From a bacterium (GTDB lineage Bacteria > UBP15 > UBA6099), in the NCBI GenBank assembly GCA_035380865.1, contig DAOSYA010000060.1:1-16425 (forward strand): DNA of 16,425 nucleotides, given 5' to 3'. This document shows positions 1 to 8,784 of this stretch, in pieces (within the stretch, counting starts at the first letter, position 1; each line of letters opens with the position of its first letter). The translations under genes and the position numbers were made by a program. The notes beneath the pieces were generated by a model. That model saw nothing but the letters and a program-made list of their open reading frames with translations, made no database searches and was not told where the DNA came from.

Positions 1-1
1 A

Positions 2-415
2 TATGATGATCAGAAACAATGGACTTTTCCCGGCAATTGTTTTGATGACATCGTTCCTGTTCCGACACTGCAAAGCATTCTTGAACTAAGGATATTTGGT
101 AAACTCTCAGAGATCCATTTATGGCGAGGATCTGACGGGGAACTGCTGGGCCGAATAGTTAAAGACCTAACATGCGAAGACATCTCGCCACTGTCGCCAA
201 AAGATGAAAGTCGCCTGCTCCTAGGATACCACAGCAGGAAGATCCAGGAATGTGATAACGGATTTGTTCTTGTCAGGGACGACACGGGAGCACGCCAGGT
301 GCTGCCGCAGGTAAATGGCGATGCCCCGCAAAAACTCAATGTTAAGCATTACTTCAACGAAGATGAGGAAACCGGCACGGTGCGATATTGCCTTTGCAGA
401 TTTGTGGAGGTAAGT
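2..415 (+). CDS. 3' end (138 codons) of unknown protein, 5'-truncated by the window edge; translationally coupled to the downstream RAMP gene
   Basis: Frame 2 is open from nt 2 to TAA at 413-415 in AT-rich DNA. The listed antisense ORF 10..339 is its shadow. The stop lies 2 nt before ATG 418, with GGAGG at 406-410 inside the 3' end. No family recognised in ...RYCLCRFVEVS. Confidence 0.55.
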
Positions 416-417
416 TA

Positions 418-2742
418 ATGAGTAAAGATTATAAAAAAAATCAATACAAGCCCAAACAGCAGCAGGGGAAGAAAAAATCCTTCAAAAGTGAAAGCGGTGG
501 CAACCCAAATAATTGCAATAATTCCGGCAACCTCAAAAACAACAAGCTGTGCGAAGGTATCACCGCGCAGAATTGCAAATACAAACAGTGTTCGTACAAA
601 TGCAAAAAAGCTTTTAACAGCGGCAATCCGCCCACCCGAGCGCCATACAATTTCATTCCTCTCTACGAAAATCCATACGATGTGAGCGATGGATATCAAA
701 TCGCTTCGGGAGAAAAACTGAAACCCTGGGAGAAGAACGATACATACCACCCCGGATTACTCTCAGGTGTCATTCATCTCGATATCAAAACTGAAAAACC
801 AACCTATGTCGGCTGTGGAATCAAGAAGGAAGATGCCGACATGATTAGCAGAATCACAGATCCAGATAAAAAGAAAGCCGCTGAAAAAAAACTGAAACGG
901 GACTTCTTCTTCTCAAACAGTGAAACCCTGGAGCCCGTCATCCCCGGAAGTTCCATAAGGGGCATGACACGGTCTCTCGTTGAAATCCTTACATGCGGCA
1001 AGTTCACCGATTTTGTCGATGACAGGTTTATGTACAGGGCAGTGTTCAATAGCGATCCCGTGAACCATGAATATAAAAAAGTTTTCAAGACTCAGGACGG
1101 TTTCTATCCGTCCAGAAATATCAAATGTGGATATCTGCACATAAATGGGGTCGATTGGTCTATTATCCCCGCAAATGAACACCTAATAAACGAAGAGCTA
1201 TTCTCTTTCGTCCACATTACCCCCAAGAAATGGGAAATGAGAAACAACAAGATAAAATACAACGATCAAGATATTATAGGTAGAAAAATCAAGCTTAAAC
1301 TGCCATCAACTCTGAAGGGAAAACATATAGGCGCAGCCTCAATTAAGTATCCAGTCTGTTGCGATTACATTTTCAAAGATGAACTGGAAATGCTGTCTGG
1401 CGTCAAAAAGGCCGAATACAATTCTTACGTTGAAGCCGTAATCTTCCGCACCGGCAGCATGGGAAGCAGAAAGCATTACCATTGCGCGGTCTTTGAAAAA
1501 CAAATGCAGGATTCAAAATCCATTTCAATCGAAATCCCCGACCGCATTAAAAATGTTTATCTCGATGATACATCCGCAAAAAAGGGAATAGACGCCCGCC
1601 CTCTCAAAGACGGATCACCCGTTTTTTATGCTATAGAGAAAAAACAGAATAATGAGAAACTCGTCTTCTTCGGGCCGACAATGTTTTTCAGGCTCCCGTA
1701 CGAAAAATCTATCTCTGATTATGTCCCGCCCGAACTAAAAAATGAAAAAGCTATAGATATGGCGGAAGCCATGTTCGGCACGGTGGACGACGGGAACAGG
1801 ATTATTAAAGGCAGGTTGAGTTTCGAGGATGCTCCGCTTGACCCCCAACAAATGGAAAACAACAATAATTTTGATCCATTTCTCCAGACGCCCGCAAACC
1901 ATCCCGAAAAATATCAAGGGCTGTGGTCTCCGAAAATTCTCGGCGGCCCCAAAGCAACTGCCGTGCAGAATTATCTCCTCCAACACCCGCCCCAGAAAAG
2001 AAATGATCCTATTATGAACTGGAACTCAAAGCGCGGAACGGCAAACGCCCTGAAGAATGACGAAACACTGATACGCGGATACAAGCGCTACTGGCACAAG
2101 CCAAATGCGGATGAAAATTTCATCTTTGAAAATTTACCCGTGGAAGACAGTCAACATGTAGTCATGAAACCCGTCCGCGGCAGAGTCCACTTCTGCGGGA
2201 AAATTAAGTTTAATAATATCACTCACCTCGAACTGGGTGCGCTTCTTGCCGCCCTTGATCTACCCTCCGACATGCGCCACCAGATCGGCATGGGAAAACC
2301 CCGCGGCATGGGCAGCGTGCAAATAACACCTACCCTCGAACTGATCGACAGAAAAGAAAGATATCAGAATATGATGTTTGCCACTACCCGAACTCAGGAA
2401 AACACCAATGCCGGCGAGTCTTCCGATATAAAAGAACTAAAGAAAAACGCCCTGTCTCTTTTCCTGACAACTTTCGAACGTTGGCTGGGGAAAAAAGAGT
2501 GTGAACCACATGTGCAATTATCGTCAAATAGCAATAATGGAAACCACAGCTATGATGACATCAGAAAAAGCATCTGGGAACTTGGAAGAAACAGCGAGTT
2601 ATCAAAAATAATGGACTGGAAAAACGCCCCCGATCAAAATGACACCGACTACCACCCGATTGGAATATTTCGTGACAATAACTGGTCGAACAGATACATT
2701 CTCAGAGAAATAAAACATTTTCCTTTTAATAAAGCAGATTAG
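418..2742 (+). CDS. Large (774 aa) divergent RAMP-superfamily protein, Cas7-like, with an N-terminal Cys cluster and a roughly 240-aa insertion
   Basis: ATG 418 lies 7 nt after GGAGG; the tracker start 388 is a TTG. Motifs seen: GVIHLDIKTEKPTYVGCG (beta1 plus Gly turn, like LHIGSG); VIPGSSIRGMTRSLVEIL at nt 937-963 (compare Csm3 IPGSSLKGKMR); MFGTVDDGNRIIKGRLSFEDA at nt 1771-1833 (compare Csm3 LFGN...MGRLIFRDA); HLELGALLAAL; and a C-terminal G-rich loop GMGKPRGMGSVQI at nt 2287-2313. Cys cluster C-x11-C-x7-C-x4-C-x3-C at nt 514-603. Stop TAG at 2740-2742. Confidence 0.75.
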   Translation: MSKDYKKNQYKPKQQQGKKKSFKSESGGNPNNCNNSGNLKNNKLCEGITAQNCKYKQCSYKCKKAFNSGNPPTRAPYNFIPLYENPYDVSDGYQIASGEKLKPWEKNDTYHPGLLSGVIHLDIKTEKPTYVGCGIKKEDADMISRITDPDKKKAAEKKLKRDFFFSNSETLEPVIPGSSIRGMTRSLVEILTCGKFTDFVDDRFMYRAVFNSDPVNHEYKKVFKTQDGFYPSRNIKCGYLHINGVDWSIIPANEHLINEELFSFVHITPKKWEMRNNKIKYNDQDIIGRKIKLKLPSTLKGKHIGAASIKYPVCCDYIFKDELEMLSGVKKAEYNSYVEAVIFRTGSMGSRKHYHCAVFEKQMQDSKSISIEIPDRIKNVYLDDTSAKKGIDARPLKDGSPVFYAIEKKQNNEKLVFFGPTMFFRLPYEKSISDYVPPELKNEKAIDMAEAMFGTVDDGNRIIKGRLSFEDAPLDPQQMENNNNFDPFLQTPANHPEKYQGLWSPKILGGPKATAVQNYLLQHPPQKRNDPIMNWNSKRGTANALKNDETLIRGYKRYWHKPNADENFIFENLPVEDSQHVVMKPVRGRVHFCGKIKFNNITHLELGALLAALDLPSDMRHQIGMGKPRGMGSVQITPTLELIDRKERYQNMMFATTRTQENTNAGESSDIKELKKNALSLFLTTFERWLGKKECEPHVQLSSNSNNGNHSYDDIRKSIWELGRNSELSKIMDWKNAPDQNDTDYHPIGIFRDNNWSNRYILREIKHFPFNKAD

Positions 2743-3018
2743 TGCTGAATAATTGGCTCAAGAAGAGAACAGTGTTCAGGACTTTCTGATCTCGACTTCA
2801 GAACTACAATATTGATTTGTCTAACCCGGATTTCTCACAGAGAAATGCAGGCTAACCATGCTATAAATGGGAAGTCCATAGTGTTCGATATACCAATTAT
2901 TATATAGGTTTTCTTTTATTTATTTCAAATAAGAGCATATTTCCGAATAGTATCTCGCAGATATTGTATTGATACAAAGATAGTAAGAAAATATGAAATA
3001 TTTGAAAGGCGAGTGAAG

Positions 3019-3372
3019 ATGATTGAATCGAATCTTACAGGATATTGGCGAATTACCGAAATGGAGATGTGGGACAGCAATTACCTGGATATGGAAGTTG
3101 AGTCATATATTAAGTTTGAAGATAACGGAACCGGTGAATTTCAGTTCGGGCTCATCCACGGATGGATAGACGGTGATTTCACCGCCATGGATGAAAAACC
3201 CGCAGTAGAATTTTCATGGGAAGGCAACGACGAGATGGACCCGGCTTCAGGCCGCGGCTGGGCGATGCTGGAAGATGATATTACGCTGTCGGGTGAAATA
3301 TTTTTCCACATGGGAGATGGGTCCGGGTTCACTGCAACAAGGGAGAACAATGATCGGAAGACGAATGAATAA
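3019..3372 (+). CDS. Hypothetical small acidic protein (117 aa; GTG 3013 is an alternative start)
   Basis: ORF after a 270-bp AT-rich intergenic region. AGGCGAGTGAAG lies upstream of ATG 3019. Alternating hydrophobic pattern (YWRITEMEMWD...GEFQFGLIHGWIDGDF) suggests a beta-rich fold. The next gene starts 17 nt after its stop. Confidence 0.6.
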   Translation: MIESNLTGYWRITEMEMWDSNYLDMEVESYIKFEDNGTGEFQFGLIHGWIDGDFTAMDEKPAVEFSWEGNDEMDPASGRGWAMLEDDITLSGEIFFHMGDGSGFTATRENNDRKTNE

Positions 3373-3389
3373 AGGAGATATTTGCTTCA

Positions 3390-4643
3390 ATGGCGAAGAA
3401 AAAAAACCAAAAGAGAGATGCCCTTAATGCTCTCCTGGAAGCGGCGGAGGCAAAAGATTTAAGAGCTTTGATAGTGGAGTTAGCAGATGACCGACCGGAG
3501 GTGCGCCGCGAGTGTGTCGTTTTTCTTAAGGAACACGTGTCTCTAAAACCGGCATCGAAATCAACAGCCGATGTTGAAGAGGCTTGGGCTTTGTGGGCCG
3601 AACTCGAGCCGGACCTTTCCGAACTCGACGAATACGGAGGCGGCGATTACGGCGTTCAGGATTATGTGGTGGAACTCCTTTATCAGCTTGCACAGAAGCT
3701 GAGGGAAAACGATATTTCGTGGGAAGTAAGACAGGAATTCCTCGAAGAAGTTCTTCCATACATTAAAAGCAGTAATGCCGGATTGGACGATGATTTATAT
3801 GAAGTAGCATATGCAGCATGTAAAACGAACGAAGAGGAGCGATACCTTGCGCAGAAATTCGAAACCCTTGGTCCTGATTGGGCAATAGAACACGCGATGA
3901 GAATATATAGGGATATAGGTGACCGGGACAAATACCTCGAACTGCATGCTCTGAAAATGAAATACGGCATGGACTATTACGATCTATCAAAATTCTACTG
4001 GGATGCCGGAGAAAAGGATAAAGCTGTCGAAGTGGCCCGCGAGGGAATGGAAAAGGGAGAGGGCAGAATGGACGAACTCAGAAATTTCCTCGCGATCCAT
4101 GCCAAAAAGAGCGGCGATCGGTCCGGATACTTTAAATTGCAATTTGAGCAGGCCACGGACAGACTCACTGCGAAGAAATACCAGGAATTCAGAAAAATAT
4201 GTGGCAAGAAAGAATGGGAAGAATATGAACCGAGGATAATGGCTGCGGCGGAAAGAATCCGGGAGGATGAACGGCTGAAAATTTTCATGTTGCGAAAAGA
4301 ATATGATAAAGCGATAGAGACACTTTCGAAGATGGATTATCCCGACGGACTTTTTGGTAAAGAGGATGTATTGAAGATTGCCGCGAAGCTGGAGAAGAGA
4401 TATCCTGAACAAGTGCTGGAATTCTATAAAACCGGGCTGGGTAACCTCAATATCAGTCTGACACGAAAAGACTACGCACGCAAAGCAACTGTCATTAAAA
4501 AAGTCCGCCATATGTGGATAGATATTATGAATGAGCCCGGCAAGTGGAAATTATTTGCCTCTCAGGTTAAAGAAGCCAACGACAGGCGTCCGGCTTTTCA
4601 ACAGGAATTCGCAAAGGTTGTACCTGGATGGAAAGAATTATAA
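3390..4643 (+). CDS. Hypothetical 417-aa alpha-helical protein (K/E-rich), unknown function
   Basis: AAGGAG lies 13 nt upstream of ATG 3390. Long ORF with protein-like composition, 17 nt downstream of the 117-aa gene. No recognised catalytic motif. Confidence 0.7.
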   Translation: MAKKKNQKRDALNALLEAAEAKDLRALIVELADDRPEVRRECVVFLKEHVSLKPASKSTADVEEAWALWAELEPDLSELDEYGGGDYGVQDYVVELLYQLAQKLRENDISWEVRQEFLEEVLPYIKSSNAGLDDDLYEVAYAACKTNEEERYLAQKFETLGPDWAIEHAMRIYRDIGDRDKYLELHALKMKYGMDYYDLSKFYWDAGEKDKAVEVAREGMEKGEGRMDELRNFLAIHAKKSGDRSGYFKLQFEQATDRLTAKKYQEFRKICGKKEWEEYEPRIMAAAERIREDERLKIFMLRKEYDKAIETLSKMDYPDGLFGKEDVLKIAAKLEKRYPEQVLEFYKTGLGNLNISLTRKDYARKATVIKKVRHMWIDIMNEPGKWKLFASQVKEANDRRPAFQQEFAKVVPGWKEL

Positions 4644-5064
4644 AATGTGACGGGAAACATGAAACAAAGGAGATTTTGGAATTCCACAATCAGCAAACAT
4701 GGAAATAGCTTTGCAAATGAACAAATTTCGAGGGTATTAATCCGAGCAGATATGATGGAAAGAAACCCCAAGAAAATGAAAAGTGCGATTGCATCAGGAC
4801 TATTTCATCGCACAGCAATCAGATTGCCGTTCCAGAGGTTCGCTGGACTCCACTGCTCCCGGTACACATTCTTCTCTATGCGCCACACCGCCGAGCCCTC
4901 TCCGTTAATCGTCCCTCGTGACATAATCCTTTGAAATAGCCACTACAATCCATGGCGGGATTTTGGTTTTTTATCTCTTACCTCTTAATGGAAAGCGGCA
5001 GTATATGAGATGAAGTGGTTACAGCGAAAAGTATATGAAACATGCAGTTTGAATTCTCAATACG

Positions 5065-5847
5065 CTAGCAATCAAAATACTTTAGGGTCATTGCAACTTC
5101 ATGCAAGTATTCGTTTTTCTCAGCATAAGAAGACAGAAAAAGAGTAATATGTGCCGAATATAATCCTTTGGACAAATCCAAAATCAAATCAATTTTACCA
5201 TCTTTATCCATATCTCCTGCCCAAATAAGTGCGGGGCCATTATCAATGTCAACCTGATCTTTTTTGAAGTCTCTAATTGTTTGAAACGGATAGTAATTTA
5301 ATTTTTGCTGTGTCAACCTTAACGCATCAGAGTTCGATCTAAAGAAGACTCTATAATCCTCGACATAAACTGTGGGATGTCTATCCTGCAATTTAGCATT
5401 GCCGATGCTTGTAAGCTGATAACTGATCTCATCTAACTTCAAATGAATTGTCATTCCTGGATAAAGATACTGATGTCCCCAGAAACTCGTTTTTATCGGC
5501 CCTTCTTCTAATGATGGAATACCTTTTATTATTAAAAACGGTTCTGATTTTTCCCTGACATATAAAACATCTTCAATATCTTCATCAGAACAAATTCCCT
5601 CTTTATTGATCTGTACCGTATATTTCTTGACACTTAATCCACTTTCGGTTTCATACAAACCCAACCGTACATCGCCGGAGCTTATTACAATCTCTTTCTG
5701 TTGGAGTGAAAGAGGCATCCCTATTGGTAGAATTTCAATGTTTGATGAATTGGTTGATTGTGGAATACTCAAACAAGGAGTGAGACTGCAAATCGTTGCT
5801 ATTATAAAAACCAGCAAAAATTCTAAATATTTGACCTTGGTTTTCAT
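5065..5847 (-). CDS. Hypothetical exported protein (N-terminal signal peptide), 260 aa
   Basis: N-terminus MKTKVKYLEFLLVFIIATICSLTPCLS has a signal-peptide character. Long ORF in the AT-rich arm. No family recognised. Confidence 0.65.
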   Translation of the reverse strand: MKTKVKYLEFLLVFIIATICSLTPCLSIPQSTNSSNIEILPIGMPLSLQQKEIVISSGDVRLGLYETESGLSVKKYTVQINKEGICSDEDIEDVLYVREKSEPFLIIKGIPSLEEGPIKTSFWGHQYLYPGMTIHLKLDEISYQLTSIGNAKLQDRHPTVYVEDYRVFFRSNSDALRLTQQKLNYYPFQTIRDFKKDQVDIDNGPALIWAGDMDKDGKIDLILDLSKGLYSAHITLFLSSYAEKNEYLHEVAMTLKYFDC

Positions 5848-5895
5848 TTCTATATCCCTGTAAAGTTCTATTTATATTTTATTAAGGAAATCCAA

Positions 5896-6231
5896 CTAAT
5901 CCGTATGCAGTATATCGACGATCTTCTTGATAATTTCATCGATCTGTTCCAGTTTGAGATGTCCGATACGATAAAGGATGATACTTTTGTCAGCGGTAAA
6001 GATGCGATTCGGCCTGACGTTGCTACTTTGCTTGAGAGCGCCATTTTCAAAATCGGCATCTTCAATTGAGATAGCGTATCTGTCACCAATATTCCTGCTG
6101 GTTATCTGGCAGAGGATATAATCGTCTCCATCAAGATCGGCGATGATGAGCGCCGGACGTCTCTTTGCTTGAGTCAAGTCGGAGAAAGGAAAAGGAACAA
6201 CAACAACGTCACCTCTTATAAATTTTGCCAA
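5896..6231 (-). CDS. Type II toxin, PemK/MazF-family mRNA interferase
   Basis: N-terminus MAKFIRGDVVVVPFPFSDLTQAKRRPALII is the hallmark PemK/MazF N-terminal strand/loop. 111 aa. Overlaps the upstream antitoxin ORF by 16 nt. Confidence 0.85.
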   Translation of the reverse strand: MAKFIRGDVVVVPFPFSDLTQAKRRPALIIADLDGDDYILCQITSRNIGDRYAISIEDADFENGALKQSSNVRPNRIFTADKSIILYRIGHLKLEQIDEIIKKIVDILHTD

Positions 6232-6419
6232 GCCTGCTCCTCCTCGGGGCTCAGCCAGTCTTTTTCGAGCGATGATTCACTTGCAATCGCGATGCCTAAT
6301 TTCTCCCTGCAATCAACCGCTCTCAAAAAACGGATGAATTCCAGGACTTTTTCGACATATGATTCAGGAAGCCGATCAATTTCCTTAATGATTGAATCTT
6401 TTCCAGACATTGCTCTCAC
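6216..6419 (-). CDS. Antitoxin, DUF2281-like (LPE..VLEFIRFL motif; acidic C-terminal SESSLEKDWLSPEEEQAW)
   Basis: 67-aa ORF directly upstream of, and overlapping, the MazF-like toxin. The motif pattern is typical of DUF2281 antitoxins. Confidence 0.7.
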   Translation of the reverse strand: MRAMSGKDSIIKEIDRLPESYVEKVLEFIRFLRAVDCREKLGIAIASESSLEKDWLSPEEEQAWQNL

Positions 6420-6607
6420 ATCCCTCGCTTTTTCAATTGACTTCCATGCACAGCTTCAGTCTCTTCATGATTTTATTTTAGTTCAATCCGGGATTTCTTT
6501 CCAGCGCTCAGGTTTTCTGCCACCAACTTTGCCGCCTGTGCAAAGAAAAACCACTTGCCCCGAATTATGTATTGTCACCTAAATATTGCCCGTGTTCCAT
6601 TTTAATT

Positions 6608-7021
6608 TCACTTTTCCTTAAATCGAAGATTTCTCAATAGTTCTGCTGCGATTACTACGTACAATACTATGCCAGAAGAAAACGAGGGGAAAAGAAATAC
6701 TACTACCAATGGACCTGGAAAACCATAACTATAATCAATATATCTGGTATATTGTGGAGCGATCAATATTACCCACGATAGTGCGAAAGAAATTGTAGAA
6801 CATGCAAGAACAGGCACTATTAACCTCAATATCATAGACTTTCTTCCAAGACGGAAGTAACTGAATATACCTATGAAAGTAGGAATCCCTATGCCTGTGA
6901 TAAATATCGGGTGCAATGTTATAATCCCATGAAAAACAATTTTCGTCTCGTTAAGGAGTAATGGTGTTATCAGAAGTTGAATAATCAAGCCAATAAGAGA
7001 GAGTTTTCTTTTCTTTTTCAT
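6608..7021 (-). CDS. Small integral membrane protein, about 4 TM helices, unknown function
   Basis: Basic start MKKKRK followed by four hydrophobic 20-aa stretches. 137 aa. Confidence 0.6.
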   Translation of the reverse strand: MKKKRKLSLIGLIIQLLITPLLLNETKIVFHGIITLHPIFITGIGIPTFIGIFSYFRLGRKSMILRLIVPVLACSTISFALSWVILIAPQYTRYIDYSYGFPGPLVVVFLFPSFSSGIVLYVVIAAELLRNLRFKEK

Positions 7022-7519
7022 TTGTCGATCATTTTCGAACGTTATATAATGATTATATCACATATGCCAATCTTTGATTACTGAAGAATCACAAGGTAAT
7101 CTTAAATAAATCTGACTTTGCTCCAACTGTCGATTTCTTACAGTAGTACCTTCTGAGGATTTGTACGACCCAGCAGGATATCATCTGTTTCTAATAAGGA
7201 AAGGTCTATTCAAATACTGTGTTCACATTTTCCCAAAATCAGCGAGATTTTCTATCAGGACCGGGAAATTACGGCGGATACCGATTCCACAGATTCGTTT
7301 ATTCAAAGGAACCTCATATCGACCCCGTTGTTATGGATTTCAAAGCAAATCATCGTGCTTTCAGAAAACTGGCATTTGTTCTCTTTATCTGTTTTCCATT
7401 TCTCTTTATGATTTTCTGTTTTTTTTAGCAACTTCAGCATGTTGGTTTCAGGTCTTTTTCGTTGTGAGGGTTCGATATTTAATCCGCTTTACATTGAATT
7501 CTTACGAGGCAGGATAGAA

Positions 7520-8536
7520 TCAGCCCACACTAACTTCATAAGCATTTCCGCCCGTGGGTTCACATTCGATTGCGCAGTCCATAAACCGCCTCACAATGCT
7601 TATGTTCGTCAACGTGTGCTTCGATGGTTTCAGTGTCCGAAATTTTCCACCGGCAGCCATCACCATCGGAATCAGGAGCTGGTCTGCAAGATATCTCCCG
7701 ACCGGAACCCCTGCCATATCGTAATTTTCATATTGCTTCACCGTTTTCCCGGCGACCTGTTCGGACGAAACCCCGAGTTCTCCGAAACCCGAGAATATTT
7801 CTGTGATATTGCTATACCTCATTTCTATCAAGAGCACATTACCCGGTCCGGGGGAATCTTTCGACTCGATGACTTGAAGACAATCTTTCCCGAACCCAAG
7901 TTTCTTCTGCACAAATTTAAGTTCCCGCCGACCTATATTGCCGGACAGGTTCGACATGATGGCATAAGCTTTCTGTCCTATTAAGTCACCTCTCTCTGAA
8001 ATATCCACCGGAGACAGTTTTTCAACCGGTTCGATATTTACAGTGAATCTTCCTCCGCCAGCAGGGTAGAATCCGCGTCGCTCCAGGTTGCACGCAACTG
8101 TCGGCCCCATCCTGTTTAAGCAAGGAAGAAAAACCTTCTCGATGAAATCATAGGGAGGTGCGAAAGGATTATGAGTCCCGCCTTCCAGTACAAGGCGAGA
8201 AGGGGATGATGCGGTTATAAGAGCAGGAAGCACAGTTTGCAATACAAGAGTGGCGCTCCCAGCCGTACCTACAGAGAACGTATATTCTCCGGGAACAACA
8301 TTGCCCGGGGTAAATTCTATTTCGGTGCTGCCAATTCCTTCTCCATCAACCTTTGCACTACTGATCTGCATCGCGGCTTTTACAGCCGTCAGGTGTTGCC
8401 TCATCAGTCCGGGCTTTTTCCGCTTGGCGCGAATATTCTCGATTCGGAATGGCTGACCCGTAACCAGTGACAGCGCAAGCGATGATCTCAGGATCTGACC
8501 GCCACCTTCTCCTTTGGAACCGTCAATTGTGATCAT
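7520..8536 (-). CDS. rtcA: RNA 3'-terminal phosphate cyclase RtcA
   Basis: [52 protein letters not shown] aligns with E. coli RtcA ([30 protein letters not shown]...KPGLLRQHLTAV), including the catalytic His in RQHLT. The C-terminus LADQLLIPM...HTLTNI matches too. The AGAGGA SD sits before ATG 8536. An in-frame upstream ATG at 8608 is preceded by GGAGGGGGG and is an alternative start, adding 24 aa. Confidence 0.9.
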   Translation of the reverse strand: [338 protein letters not shown]

Positions 8537-8784
8537 GATATTCCTCTTTCCGGTTTCCAGTATACTATCATGCCGATCAGAGAAATTGCACAGAAGTAAA
8601 TTATTCATTCGCCCCCCTCCGATACCTGCCGGGGTTCGCCTTTCCGACCCGGCAGGCTTTCTTCGACATTTCCGCCTTCTTGTTTCCCTTGATTCTCGTT
8701 ACCGGATTTCTCGTCCACTTTCTCCTCACCGATTTATATAATTCGGAGAAATCCGTTTTTCCCTTATTCATTATCGCGCCAACC

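Noticed and set aside
10-339. Minus-strand ORF of 109 aa at the window start
   Set aside because: The + strand frame 2 is open across the whole region and ends exactly 2 nt before the RAMP gene start with an embedded SD. The minus ORF is an antisense shadow with W/S/R-rich composition.
388-417. Tracker start of the RAMP ORF at 388
   Set aside because: Codon 388-390 is a TTG inside the upstream gene. ATG 418 follows the upstream stop by 2 nt and has a perfect GGAGG at 7-nt spacing, so it is the likely real start.
2969-2997. Possible sigma70 promoter for the 117-aa/417-aa operon (TTGATA-N17-TATGAA)
   Set aside because: Only 4/6 match at -10. AT-rich DNA yields many such matches, so it is too weak to call as a feature.
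3987-4511. Long antisense ORFs inside confident genes
   Set aside because: All lie opposite strongly supported CDSs and have shadow-like composition (Gly-rich opposite the Pro-rich tonB region; Arg-rich opposite GC-rich genes). Affected ORFs: 3987..4511, 7439..7984, 10095..10742, 11565..12059, 12846..13499, 14900..15694, 15327..15512 and 15790..16128.
4647-4934. 95-aa ORF immediately after the 417-aa gene
   Set aside because: GTG start and no usable SD spacing. Arg-rich, low-complexity composition (FHRTAIRLPFQRFAGLHCSRYTFF) typical of non-coding DNA.
8537-8608. Extended RtcA N-terminus (start 8608, preceded by GGAGGGGGG)
   Set aside because: Kept only as an alternative. Homologous RtcA proteins begin 0-5 aa before the I-x-(I/L)-DG-S/A-x-GEGGGQ motif, and ATG 8536 has its own AGAGGA SD. 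The 24-aa extension (MNNLLLCNFSDRHDSILETGKRNI) has no counterpart in E. coli RtcA.
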